Assembly: GCF_006345805.1 (NCBI RefSeq) | Contig: NC_043004.1 | Coordinates: 77,686,001 to 77,750,000, forward strand | Length of the DNA stretch: 64,000 bases | From: Octopus sinensis | Lineage: Eukaryota | Direction: 5' to 3' | In this document: one piece after another, positions 1 to 13,100 of the stretch | Position numbering within the stretch: the stretch's first letter is position 1 | Layout: each line of letters opens with the position of its first letter | The notes under the pieces: generated by a model | The model's input: only the letters and a program-made list of their open reading frames with translations | The model's database searches: none | Told to the model about the DNA's origin: nothing | Position numbers and translations under genes: made by a program

Positions 1-907
1 AAATGACATTAGCCACATTACAACAGTTATTTACAGGAGGTACTCTGTTGTCAAATGTGAACAAGTAATTAGTCACATGGATGTCACAAAGGTGTAAAAT
101 TAGCTGAACAGTTGAGTCAAATGTAAATCCACTGAATCTGGGCCAATATTCTAATGCATTTTCCGATGAGAGACTAACTTTACTTTTCAGACTTCATAAG
201 CCGTATCAATATTTTGTTGCATATATTTTAAATTTATAAATTTAAAATCCTAAAGATTTAAGTCATGATTCTTCCTTAATAAATCCTCAATATTATGACT
301 AAAAGGGACAAAAAAAAAAAAGGTGGGATGAAGTTTTCTACCGAAAGGGAAGATGTAGTTGTTAGATGGATAATATGCAAGGTAAGTGACTATATCATGC
401 ACAGATGCCTCTTTAACCAACCAGTAAATTGAAATGATGCACATTCCTAGACAACAACCAGTTGCAAATAAATGTAATCGCTTTGCTCTAATGAGCCAGG
501 CTACAAAAAGAAATCACATGAGATCCAGGTTAGAAATATCCATTTCACAAAATCCAAGTTGGAGGTAGAAACTCATATCGCACAGTTTCGATATGATGAA
601 ATTTTTTTCCCAGTTCAGAAACGAACTTGAAACAATACCTTGTTCTATTTTCTTTGACAGAGACCAACAATAGTGACTAGTATGGCCCATGATGAAACGT
701 TGGTAAAAACTGATGTGTCAAGCACAAAGCAATCACCATAATGTCAAAGTAGAAACAATGTATAACATAGATGAGATGAGATTAGAATCCACTACAGAGG
801 GATAGTGACTAATCAGTATAACCACCTGGGTCCTGCAACATCAGAACCCTTTGAAACTCGGTGCTATGTTGTTTACCAGATAAGAGATCAACCTAAAAAA
901 TATAATG

Positions 908-1105
908 TCAGGACTTTTCTTTAATTTTTGTGTCATGACTTGTTTTATTGGAAATTTGAGCCTCTGTACTATTGAATGGTGCAGATGATGTGGGTGGTAT
1001 TAGATTGCTTGGAGAGTTGGTTGATTTAGAACTTTGAATTGGTCCCTGTGAGAGCGATGCTTGTGACTGTTGCAGTACTGGGTACACTACGAGGGAATGC
1101 TGGTC
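908..1105 (-). CDS. MLLT10: AF10 terminal coding exon (DQHSLVVYPVLQQ...HDTKIKEKS*), 198 nt
   Basis: tttcctag|GAC acceptor; phase 0 gives 65 aa plus TGA at 910-908. A phase-1 reading would give a shorter GPAFPRS...NSKF* end. Confidence 0.75.
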   Translation of the reverse strand, partial: DQHSLVVYPVLQQSQASLSQGPIQSSKSTNSPSNLIPPTSSAPFNSTEAQISNKTSHDTKIKEKS

Positions 1106-4100
1106 CTAGGAAACAGAAATAAAATGAAAAAATATTAAAATATTATATATAAAATAGCTTTACATGTCGAAATCATTAAAAAAAACCTAACTGAAATTCA
1201 GATAGTTGGACTAGTCAATAAATACAACAGTAGCATTTTAGCCTTTTTTAAAAGAGAAGCCTTGTAAGTGAAAAAGAACCCCTAACCTCTAAAATTTCTA
1301 AATCCTTTAACTGGAAAATTAATAGTAACAGTCAAAAAAATTTTTAATTATAGTATAGTGTTATCCAAGATAGTTTAAAAATTTTTTCCTGCCAGTTTAA
1401 AGGAATGGTAATATTGCAAATGGATGGAAATCTAAATACGTCACCATGGAGTAGATATTTGTATAATAGTTTTCAGCTATAATGTTAATAACTTAAGTTA
1501 AAACCCATTAAATAAAACAATTTAAAAGAAAAAAAGTTATTCATTTTATATATCACTTTTCTGCTTGAAATTTTAAATAAATAAAACTGAAATGTTTCCA
1601 TACACTGAAAGGAGGAGAAAGGACAAATCTGACACTGAATTACAAAATAACTTCTAGCCAAATTGTAACTTCCATTAGAAGCATTTTAAAAATATCTGGT
1701 TCCATTTCGCCAGTAATATAAAGACTTGAATAAGTTTCATTAATTGAGATTATCCAGGCAATTAGTAGACAATAACTTCCTCTAAGAGTGTTTAAAATCT
1801 GGAAACAAAAACCTAAGGAGATAACTCCAATAATATCAACTAATCAGAATTTATTTTTAAAATTAAGTCAACACACACAGAAGTGGATCTTGTCTTTTTG
1901 TTTTTAGGTAAATGTTGCTAATTTTAAAATGTGCGTGTGGCAATAGCTGCTCTGTAGAACGAATTAAAGTCTAAAACAAACAAGGTAAATTTCTAAGACC
2001 AAATAAAGGTTAGTTGTTGCAGAAAATACAAATATATAAACATTAAACATTTCCAACATGAAATAACACAAAAATAAATACCAAACTGATATGCAAAAAA
2101 ATTAAAATATGAATGACTAACTGGAGTACTGGATAAGTCATGTTGAAGTCGAGAGGAGTCCAAAGTTGATCCTACTAGCACACTTGAAGACCGACTAAGT
2201 GAAGTTTGTATAGGACTACAACCTGACTGCTGAAGACTGTGGCTACTTCCTTGATATGAACCTACAATGTATAAATATACACACGAGTTAATCATGACGC
2301 TTTCAATACAATTCAGAACAGGAAACTGAAACAGAGATGAATTGATCTCTTGTAGCTGATGTAATAGTTAAAATATTTTCAAGATAACCAGATATCAAAT
2401 CCATTCAACATCTTTCAGCATTCAATACTAAAATACTAAATAAAGCTTTACAATTGGTTTTACTTTCAAAAACATTCAAAGATACACTGCAATACTTCTA
2501 GAAAATGCAATACAGAAGATAACTGTATTTGTTTTAACTACTTTTGGAAAAAATAGAAACTATAGGCAAATAGCGACTAAAGAGTAGTAGAACTGTCATA
2601 ATTACCAGTTTTATTAAATAATCATCGTTTAACGCCTGTTTTCCATGCTAGCATGGGTTGGACGGTTTGACCAGGATCTGGGAAGCCAGAAGGCTGCACC
2701 AGGCTCCAGTCTGATCTGGCAGTGTTTCTACAGCTGGATGCCCTTCCTAACGCCAACCACTCCATGAGTGTAGTGGGTGCTTTTTACATGCCAGGCGAGG
2801 CTGGCAACGGCCACAATTGGTTGGTGCTTTTTACATGCCACCGGCACAGAAGCCAGTCAAGGCGGAGCTGGCATCGGCCACATTCGGATGGTGCTTTTTA
2901 TGTGCCACTGGCACAGGGATCACAACTAAATATTTAATAATTTAATGAAGAAATATTTTTAAAAATATGAGTACGGAATCTTAATCGGATTACCATTTGG
3001 ACTTGAAATGTGCGTTCGTCCTGGGGTGGATGATTGCTGTTGAGCAGGACTATGATGAGATGGAGTATGACTATTACTGACGCTATCCTGGAAAAGAAGA
3101 ATTCACAGAGAAGATAGAGACAAGCTTGAATTGTAAACAAAATCCATAATACATTACAATATATCACATTTAACGATATAAAGAACTGGGTGCAATTACC
3201 TGAGCTAGGTTTGTTTCAGTGCAGCCTGGATTCTGATAGGGCTGTTGTAATAAAGCACATGGAGAACCAGTAGCTTTTGCTAGTAGCTGTGATGTGTTGA
3301 GAGCACTCAATGGTAATGCAAGTCGGGCATTCAAAGCAAGCAGATGGTCTCGACGAGCTGTTAATGATTTAATACAGTCTTCAAGTCGTCGATTTTCTGT
3401 TTTTAATTGATGCAAGAAACTCAGAAGAGAAGCAACTGCAACAGAACAAGATTTTGTAAGGAAGAATGAAATAACAATTCAAATATTACAGCTCCACAGA
3501 TGGAATAACAATTCAAAATTACAGCTTCATACTCTAAAGGTATATTATTAGTTAAATTTAGTTCATTTAAAACAAGTACTTTATTCCCTCATTGCTCCTT
3601 AACCTTCTAATCAAATCCCTTAACTTATTTTGGATAAGGTGACATAGACAAGAAAACTCAGCATGACAAGAGGATAAAGCTTCAAATCTAAATACACATA
3701 TAAAAATGTGTGGATATATAAATATACAATACCTCAGAGGGTATGCTTAATGCAGTCCACCACCCTACTACACACGATGCAGGTTACATATTTAAATAAT
3801 ATAGTCTGGAAAAAATATTTTTCCTTTCTCTTCTTATAGTGTTTGTAAAATGAAGTGAAGTTTGCAAGGCTTGCTAAAATTCCATGCTTCTTTCAATGTT
3901 TAAATTAGTATTTAAAATTTTCTTGCAAATCACAGAAAAAAAAAAAAAAAACCCCAACTATTTCATGGAGTTGCTTCTTCCATGAGATTTGCATTTAAAT
4001 TTTCTTCCTCTTCTTCATAAACATTATTTGACAATTTCAAAAAGTGTCTTATTTTCAAGATCTTTTGAATGAGAGTTAATCACTCACAACCATTAGATGT

Positions 4101-7100
4101 ATAAGAAGTTTTAAATCCATGGCTTTTCCCCATTCTGAACAATGCCTTCTGTAAAATTTTAAATCAATGATTCAAAACCAGAAGAATCATTTGACAAAGT
4201 CAGCACAACATACTGCCACATAGAACATATTGCCAGTACTAAGTTCAGCCCAATGTGCATTAATGTTTTGGAATATATTTCTCATCTAAATTTTCCAATG
4301 TGTTGCAATAATGATAAAGTTTTTCTTCCTGTTGTAATTTTAAAAGTTTTGTTAAAAGTTCACCATAAATAAGAAGCCTTTAAAAGTGCCTTGGTGCAGT
4401 GGTTGTAATACAAAATTTAATGGCAGAAAATTTATATGTTCATTTAAGTTAATGAAAATGTAATAGTAATAGATAATTAAAATTTGGACTATCCCTACAA
4501 AACAAAAATAATTTGTAAACTGGCAAAATAGCTAGTTCTAAAATCTCTATAAATTCCTGAAAAGGCATGTTTGTTGTCACTTCAACATGGCTGTTCCATA
4601 CGGAACGATGTTACTACAATATTTTTAACCCCAGAAGAACACCTTCTCCAGCTGGTTAACAACACAATTTGTGTCCGATGTATTGATGGAGAAGGTGTTC
4701 TCCTGGTCAAGTGTATGCATGATGCACAACTCCCGTATGATTCAGATATGGAAATATTTCTTTTCATGCCTATAGAATAGAACATAAGTGGTATCTTCCT
4801 TTTTCAGCAATTTCTGGATTTTTTAAGAAAAATATTTTAAAACATTTTGCTTGAAGTTTTACTAAAACAAAGTTACAACTTACTATCGAAATGCTGACCC
4901 TGTTCCATCAAAAACTGAGACCCCAAGTCCCATTGGTGTTCCAATAATTGTTCCATAGACTGAACAAGCCCATTTCTGAAATGAAACATTATCTGATAAA
5001 TATTGGTTTCAAATTTTGGCACAAGGCCAGCAATTGCTGAGGATAAGTGGATTACATTGACTTCAGTACTCAACTGGTACTTATTTTATCGGCCCTGAAA
5101 GGATGAAAAACAAAGTCTAACTAGGTGGAATTTGAACTCAGAATATAAAGATGGACAAACTGCTGTTAAACATTTTACATGGCATGCTAACAATTCTGCC
5201 AGCTTACCGCCTTATTATTTGATAAATATAAAATACAAAATAATATAAATATTAAAATACAAAAAAAACCAAAAACTAATGAAACATTTAACAGAATAAT
5301 TAAAGATGACACATTTTTGGAAAAGTAAAAAAAATTTCAAACACTTAATTTTGAAAGCCTTTATTTTTTAAATTGAGAAAATAGTGAGCAAATTCCAAAA
5401 GATAAAAATCTAGATTACTAATCCTATGCTACTTTTAAAATTTCAAATACTTTTATATTTGCATGTATTTCAATAAACTGCAACTGATGCTGACATACCA
5501 AAATCAGATGCTTGCCATTTAGAAGGGCATCCAACTGTAAAAATCATGCCTAAACTAACCTCACCTGTGCTAGTGGCATGTATAAAGCACTGAATCCACT
5601 CTGTGGAGTGGTTGGTGTTAGGAAGGGCATACAGCCATAAAATCCCTGCCAAAACAGAAACAGTAGCCTAGGGTAGTTTTTCTACCTGGCTGGCTCCTGT
5701 CAATTGTCCCATGCATGCATGAAAGATGGACATTAAATGATGATGATGGTGTATGTATGTGTGTCATTATCATCATTTAACGTCCGTTTTCCATTCTAGC
5801 ATGGGTTGGACGGTCTGACCGGGGTCTGGTAAGCCATGGAGACTGCACCAGGCTCCAGCCTGATTGGGCAGTGCTTTTACAGCTGGATGCCCTTCCTAAC
5901 GCCAACCACTCCGTGAGTGTAGTGGGTGTTTTTTACGTGCCACTGGCACAGGGGCCAGTGCAGGCGGCGCTGGCATCTGCCACATTCAGACGGTGCTTTT
6001 TACGTGTCACCGGCATGGGTGTCTTAACTGCAATTTCCATTTGAATTTTTATTTTGATGTACTTGACTCAATAGGTCTCCTCAAGAACAGCAGGTCACTC
6101 TACGATCCAAGGCTAGCACAGCAGGCCATCCTGCGAGCCATATATATATACGCACACACAAAAAAAATATGGTGAACATTGAGGATCTGCTGTTGGTGGT
6201 AGCAGCTCATCCCTTGAATCCAAGGATTGATTTCTCCTCCTGGACGAATATTCAGACTATTAATGCTAGTAGTGAACATGGCTAATGAGGACAATCCTCA
6301 CCTAGAACACACGTTTTTTGATGCAATGATACAAAGCCCAAGTTTCCCAACCATACAGAAGCATGGGATATAACAACAAGCTTGGTAAACTATAATCTTT
6401 GTTTTTGAATACACGTTTGGCTAGTGTACCATGAGCTGAGTAAACTGTTCTGATTCTTTGTTCCACATTTTGCTCAGAGATGCATTAGGCAGAGAGCACA
6501 CTTCCAAGGTAACTTGCTCCAGTAGTGTGCCTCAAATGATGATGTCAAAGTCTGAAAGGGTAGAATTCAGATTTAGTTGGGTGGGAATTTGAATATTTTT
6601 AGTATTTACAGTGAGCCCAAAATGTTGATATGCATTGGTGAAATTATCGACAGCTTGATACAGTTCTAAACATGAGTGGTTGAGTACCATGTTGCCATCA
6701 ACATACTGGAGTTCTGAGATTCACTTGGTACTGGTGACTTTCTTTGACCGAAAATTCACCAGGTTGAAGGGTTCTCCATGAAAACAATATCTGATATCCA
6801 CACCTGGCTGATCCAAAGACAGTTCACAGATCATCACAGTAAGGTATAAGAAGGAAAGCATAGGAGCAAATATGCAACCTTGTTTCAATCCATATGTAAT
6901 TGGGAGTTCTTCTGAGAGGAGATCATGATAAAAGGCATAGTCACACCATCATGGAGAGCGTGGATCAGAGAGACGAAATTAACAAGGACCATCCATCATG
7001 ACTGGTCTTGGTGCACTGTCAAAAGCATTTTCCAGATCATAGAAGACAAGGAAAAGGGATTTTTGTTACTCTCAACAATCATGTTTGCCTGGGACAGATG

Positions 7101-10100
7101 ATAATGTCTATAGTTTCATGAGATGCTCGAAAACCACACTGATATTCTGGAAGGACTCTTTCCATGATGATCTGGAGATGGTTCAAGATTATTGAAACAA
7201 AGAACTTTCCTACAATAGCAAGTAGGGAGATTCACAATAGTTTCCGCAGGATTTTCTATCTTCTTTCTAGAATATACTAATGATGACGGCATCTTTAAGA
7301 TCATTAAAGACATCTTTAGAAGAGTTTAGTTGGCAGCAGCAGACCACCAAGTTGCAGCAATTCAAATGGGATGTTATCAAGTCCTGGAGCTTTATTTACT
7401 TTCAAACATTTCACTGCCATCAGGAACTCTTGATACAACAGAGTAGTCTTCATCCAAAGTTGTAAAGGTTAGAAAGGGATTTTCTCAGAAAGTCTTTTGC
7501 TGTTGTTGACTTGCGATTTAGCAAAACAAAAATATTCCTCCCAGCAGTCTAGGATGTTAACATTGTCTGCCATTTGATGATTTTATAGGACCAAACAGTT
7601 GTTGATTCCAGCGCCTGCCACTTCAAGCTTTCCTCCATCTGAAAGTCATGTTTCACTCAGTGCAGCAATGTCAATGTTGAGCCTGAGGAGATAAGAGACA
7701 AATGCAGTTTGTCTTTTGGATCAGTCTGAGTTGTCAGAGTCCAAAAGGATTCTCATGTTCCATGTTCCTACAGTTAGTTTCGCTTTGGCCTTAGGGTTTC
7801 AGTTGGTTGCAGAAGGATGATGACCCACTGGGTGCAGCTACTCAACCAGGTGGTAAGAATCCTGAGTAGTCACTGGGTCTTGGGAAAGCAACATCACACA
7901 CCTGCCACCCACCAACAGGTAGATCACCTAAATTTGCTCCCATTATCCTTATCCTCTTGCTGTTGGACTTGACAAATTTTGGTTTAAGCATGGAAGGAAG
8001 AAGCAGGAAAGTAAGACAAACAGTAGAAACAGAAAATCCAAAGTCAGGGAGCTGATGGTATAGGTTTGATTAAGGTGGATTACAACTTGCAGGGTGACCC
8101 ATGCACTGAGGTTTCAAGAGCTTCTGCAGTACATAAAAGACAAGACAGACAGGATCTAAAGATGAAACTGCAACAGACTGCCACAGATTCTAAGTTATAG
8201 TTGAACCGTGCCTCCACAGCCAGCTCCATCTAGCCATAACAATATGAGAGGTTCTTCTTTAGCTTCTTCGTACACTTTTGGAGAGTTGCTGGTTGATGGA
8301 GGAGAGTCAGCCTGTGGCTCTCCTTTGACAGATGCTGCTACCCATCACACCCTTCCCAAAGCGACATACTCAGAGAGGAGTCTTTGGTCAGCAACAGCCC
8401 AACCATGTCCTGGGAGGATGGGGGGGGGGGGGTATATGGTCTCCTGTTTCTGGCTCTACATGGAGACAGCCCAGATCCTAGTTTGCTTCTATAGGTACTG
8501 CTAATATCACAACAGTTACAAGCATTGGCCCAAATGTTAGATCATCATTCTTAACACTTCCTCAATTGCAGACAATAAACTTGTCAGTGGATTATGTGAC
8601 AACCAGCATGTAGACAAATGTACACAGCAGACTAAGCTCAAAATAATTATATCTTGAATACCTTGTCATAGAAAAGCCATGCAAAAGAGAGTGACTATTT
8701 TCTGTGCCTGACTGACAATGACAGACTGATGAAAGGTTTGTGAAAACTGATTAGATCATTCGAGAGGACTGTATGTAGAAACAGCATCAAGTAACAGTTT
8801 AGATCCTTCTGGAAACACTTAAAATATTTCACTTACAGCAAACAGCTAGTTATTTGCCAAAGTTTTTTTGAGTATAAAATTTCAGTTGTGAGGAATGAAT
8901 AATTTGTTTCTATATCAAGCAAACATTGAAAGAAACTCAACAGATAATTGAAAAGTGTCAATTAGCAAAATAAAATAAATGGATAAATAAATCACTCACC
9001 CTACATTCTCATTTAGTAGCTTTTCACTGTTAATCGAAGGGAAAATTTTTGGTGGTCCCAAAAGGCAGCCAACACTGAGTGGAGACGTGCCTTCATTGGC
9101 TAATGGTGGAGCTGTTAAATAGAGAAAATAATTTCATTTATTAAAAATATTAAATTTCTAAATATCTCAGAGAGATATAAGCGGTGGTGGAGCGATAGAG
9201 CGGTTGTATACTGTCAACTTATCATGACAGTCCTGTAAAGGGAATCACACTCACTGCTATTTAGCCCTAAGAAGCATCGACGCTTCCTGTCAGCTTTGAC
9301 ACATTTCCTGTGTCCTTATATTTAAGAAGGAGAGACAAGCACCCCCAACAGCTAGGCCTGCATCCAGAGACATGCATGTTTCAGAGTCTTGCTCATCATC
9401 AGTCTGGTGTAGCATGGCCCTGCTTGTTGAAGATGCTTGTAAAGCCTTCGTAAATAGATATATTTTCAGTGAAGTTTATTCACTGATCCCCAAAATTAGA
9501 AATATTAAATTTCTAAATATCTCAGAGAGATATGAGCAGTGGTGGAACAATAGAGTGGTTGTATACTGTCAACTTAACGTGACAGTCCCATAAAGGGACA
9601 CAGGAAATGTGTCAAAGCCGACAGGAGGCGTCGATGCTTCCTAGGGCTAAATAGCAGTGGTGTGATTCCCTTTACAGGACTGTCACGATAAGCTGACAGT
9701 ATACAACTGCTCTAAATTTATTTAGAATAAGTGGAAAAAGTAAATAAATAAATTTTTTAAAGTTATAACTAATTCCAATAATACAACTTTAGAAATGTAT
9801 TTCAGTTCAACTTTTTATCATTAAAACTTATCTTCCCATTTCTGGAGTTAACAAGCTTGACCAGCTAGAATTAGCAGCCAGGTCACAAACAAATGTCTTT
9901 AAAAGATATTAAATAACTGTGCTATGTTCTATACATTTGAAATAAAAAAAAAAAGTAGGAATACTTTTCAGTCATAGTCTTGCTTTAACAACAACTGGTA
10001 TAAAGATGAACAAGAGGTAGCAATTAAAGCATTTATTGTCTATTATCTATGTTGTTAAAATCATTTTAATGGTGTTTTACACAAGATATAAAATACAAAT

Positions 10101-13100
10101 TCAAAACATAAAAAAAAAAGAAATTGCAATGCTTTCAAAAATTTGTTAACTAAACCTATGTTAAATTTAGTTATATTCTAGAAAAAACATTTAATGCTGT
10201 ATTATTATACTTGGAGACGGTGGGGCTTTTTTTGTTTTTTGCCACTTAAACATACACACATTATTTATTTGATCTTCACTTTAGTTTTTGCTTGCATTAT
10301 TTTTAGTTTATGTCCATCAAAGTTCCTTTGTCACAAATTCTGTGACAAAAGAACTCATCAGCACCTCTCCTTATCCTGTTTATTCCATTTTTGCCTTCTG
10401 TAGTATGGATCACTATCTATGAATGTATTAATGTCTGTATATGTGTGTGTGTTTGTATTTAGTATGCGTATCGTCATCATCGTTTAACGTCCGGTTTCCA
10501 TGCTAGCATGGGTTGGATGAATGACTGAGGGCTGGTGAACCAAATGGCTGCACCAGGCTTCAATCTTGATCTGGCAGAGTTTCTACAGCTGGATGCCCTT
10601 CCTAATTCCAACCACTCCGAGAGTGTAGTGGGTGCTTTTATGTGCCACCGGTACGGGGCCAGTCAGGCGGTACTGGCAATGACCTCGCTCGAATTTTTTA
10701 CACATGCCACCAGCACAGGTGCCAGTAAGGCGTCATTGGTAATGATCACGCTCGAATGGTGCTCTTGGCACCCTACTAGCACAAGTGCCAGTAAGGTGAT
10801 GCTGGTAACGATCACGCTTGAATGGTGCCTTTTAAGTGCCACTGGCACAGATGCCGGTTAGCCGCTCTGTCAATGATCACACTCGTATGGTGCTCTTTGC
10901 ACCCCACTAGCACGGACGCCAGTCATCGAATTTGATTAAAATCATTTTAATGGTGTTTTATTTTTTCTTCTCTTTCTTGTTCCATTTTTAGTATGTGTGT
11001 CTTGCGTGTGTCATTCATTTATTTTGCTTCATTCTGTTTTTAGTTGTCAGGTTGCATAGTGTGGTGAAGTGGAGGGGTGTCATTACTCCATTCACGTTTC
11101 CTGTTGGTCTATTTTCTATTATATGTGGTCTCCACAATCTGTTTGAGTGTTGTGTCTGTTTTATGTGTTGATAAGATCCTAGCATCCATGTCGTCAACAA
11201 AAACTACATGTTCTAATTGAGCGTGTTGGCAGAGGACTGAGGGGCTTTTCTCCTTCAGGAGGTCCTTGATACATAGTGATTTAGCAACTAGTCTTAGGTA
11301 CCACATTCAGTGAATATATATATCATCATCATCATCACCATTTAATGTCTGTTTTCCATGCTGGCATGGATTGGATGATGTCACAGGAGCAGGAAAACCA
11401 GTGGGTAGTGCCAAGCTCTATTGCCTGATTTGGCATAGTTTCTATAGGAAAGGATGTAGTATGGTGCCTATTCTGCTCTCATGTGATCAGAGCTGCTCAT
11501 TAGTACTATACATAGGGAAGTAATGAGTGTTAGGCGATGAGATGTGAGGGGAAAATGCTTGATGAGCTGATAGAATGGAGGTGGAGCAGAGCCCGGCACA
11601 TATAAGCATTACTAAGGTGGATTTAGGATAGCAATTCTGCTGTGGTAGACGGGTCTTCTTGAGCACAGCAAGATGCCAGTAACCTCAGTCCTTTGTCATC
11701 TCCTCCATAAGGCTCAGCACCTTGAGTTCAGCCTTCAATACTTCATCCCATGATTTTCTAGATTTCCCTCTTCCACAAGTTCCTGCTACTTTGAGTGGTC
11801 AGCACTTCTTTTATGCAAATTTTCTCACCCATACACACCACAAGACCAAAACAGCATAGTCTTCTCTCTTGTACACTACATAGAATAGATATGCTTCATG
11901 AAATGGCACTGGTTTGAGTTAGAGCATGGCAAATAATCAGTCTAGCAGATCACAGAAAAATATACAAGAACAAGGGCAAAGACTTACAATAACAGCTGTA
12001 TCTATGTGTACATGTACACATATTTACTAGGCACACATCTATATAATAAAATATTTTATGCACAACAAGGAAGTTTACTTACGAGTAAGGTTTGGTGATG
12101 TAGATGTTTCTAAATTTGAAGTTAAATGGGATCCAGTAACAACTGATGTTGCCAATATACCATTATTCTCCAAATCTGAATGAGAAACAAAATTTGAACA
12201 GGAAGTGAACTATTTTAATTACAAAAACAAATATACACTTATTGACATTTATTTTACAGCCAGCCACAAGTAGATGGCAAGGTCTGAAAATTAACAACTG
12301 AAGTCTACGCTATTTTGATCAACTTCAAAACTTTATGGTAAAATTTTCTTAAATTGGTGATAGTCTGCATCAGTAAAATCAGTCAATAGGAAGATTCAAA
12401 ATAAGTAAAGTTCATTTGCTGTGATGAGTTTAGCGTCTACTGGTTCAAGCCTTAACTCAATCAAGATTGAGTAAAGAATGGTGTCGTCATTCAGATTAGA
12501 AGCATTCTTTCTATACCAGCGATGCACGTTTACATTCTTATTACATTCAGTCTTCTAATTTTAAAATTCATCAGTTTTTCTGATACATGCTTAATGATGA
12601 ACCATCAAAACCACATATATACAATTAAGTGTATACTGTAGAAATCCATATAAAATTTTATTGTCACTAAATTATCCAACTATTTATTTATTAATTCAAC
12701 AATAATATTTACAATTACACTTTCTATGTTGTTGTACAGGGTTTATGTTAATATTAGTAATAATTGAATATTTATATATGTACTCATGGATATGGATTAT
12801 ATTTATATATATATATATTCAAATGTGTGTGTATTTTGTTTTATATTTATATTTTTATGATTGTACTTTAAAATCTCTGACGAGGCCTAGAGATATATAT
12901 AAGTACCTCATTTTCAACTGCCTATCACCTCAATACACTTGACTAATATAGGTACAATGAGATACTATTATCTATAGGCTGAAACAGCTGTAAGTGATTT
13001 TAATAATTTATATTCATGTTTTTTAATAATTACTAGTATTCTTATCTTATATGCATTGAATAATATACTATATGTATATTATTATGGTTGTCGTTTTGAT

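Noticed and set aside
1-907. AF10 polyadenylation signal and further coding exons
   Set aside because: No clear AATAAA on the minus strand, and exon-like stretches contain stops. Treated as 3' UTR probably extending past the window edge.
8208-8504. 98-aa plus-strand ORF
   Set aside because: Lies antisense to the 5' region of the degenerate RTE element; no recognisable protein.
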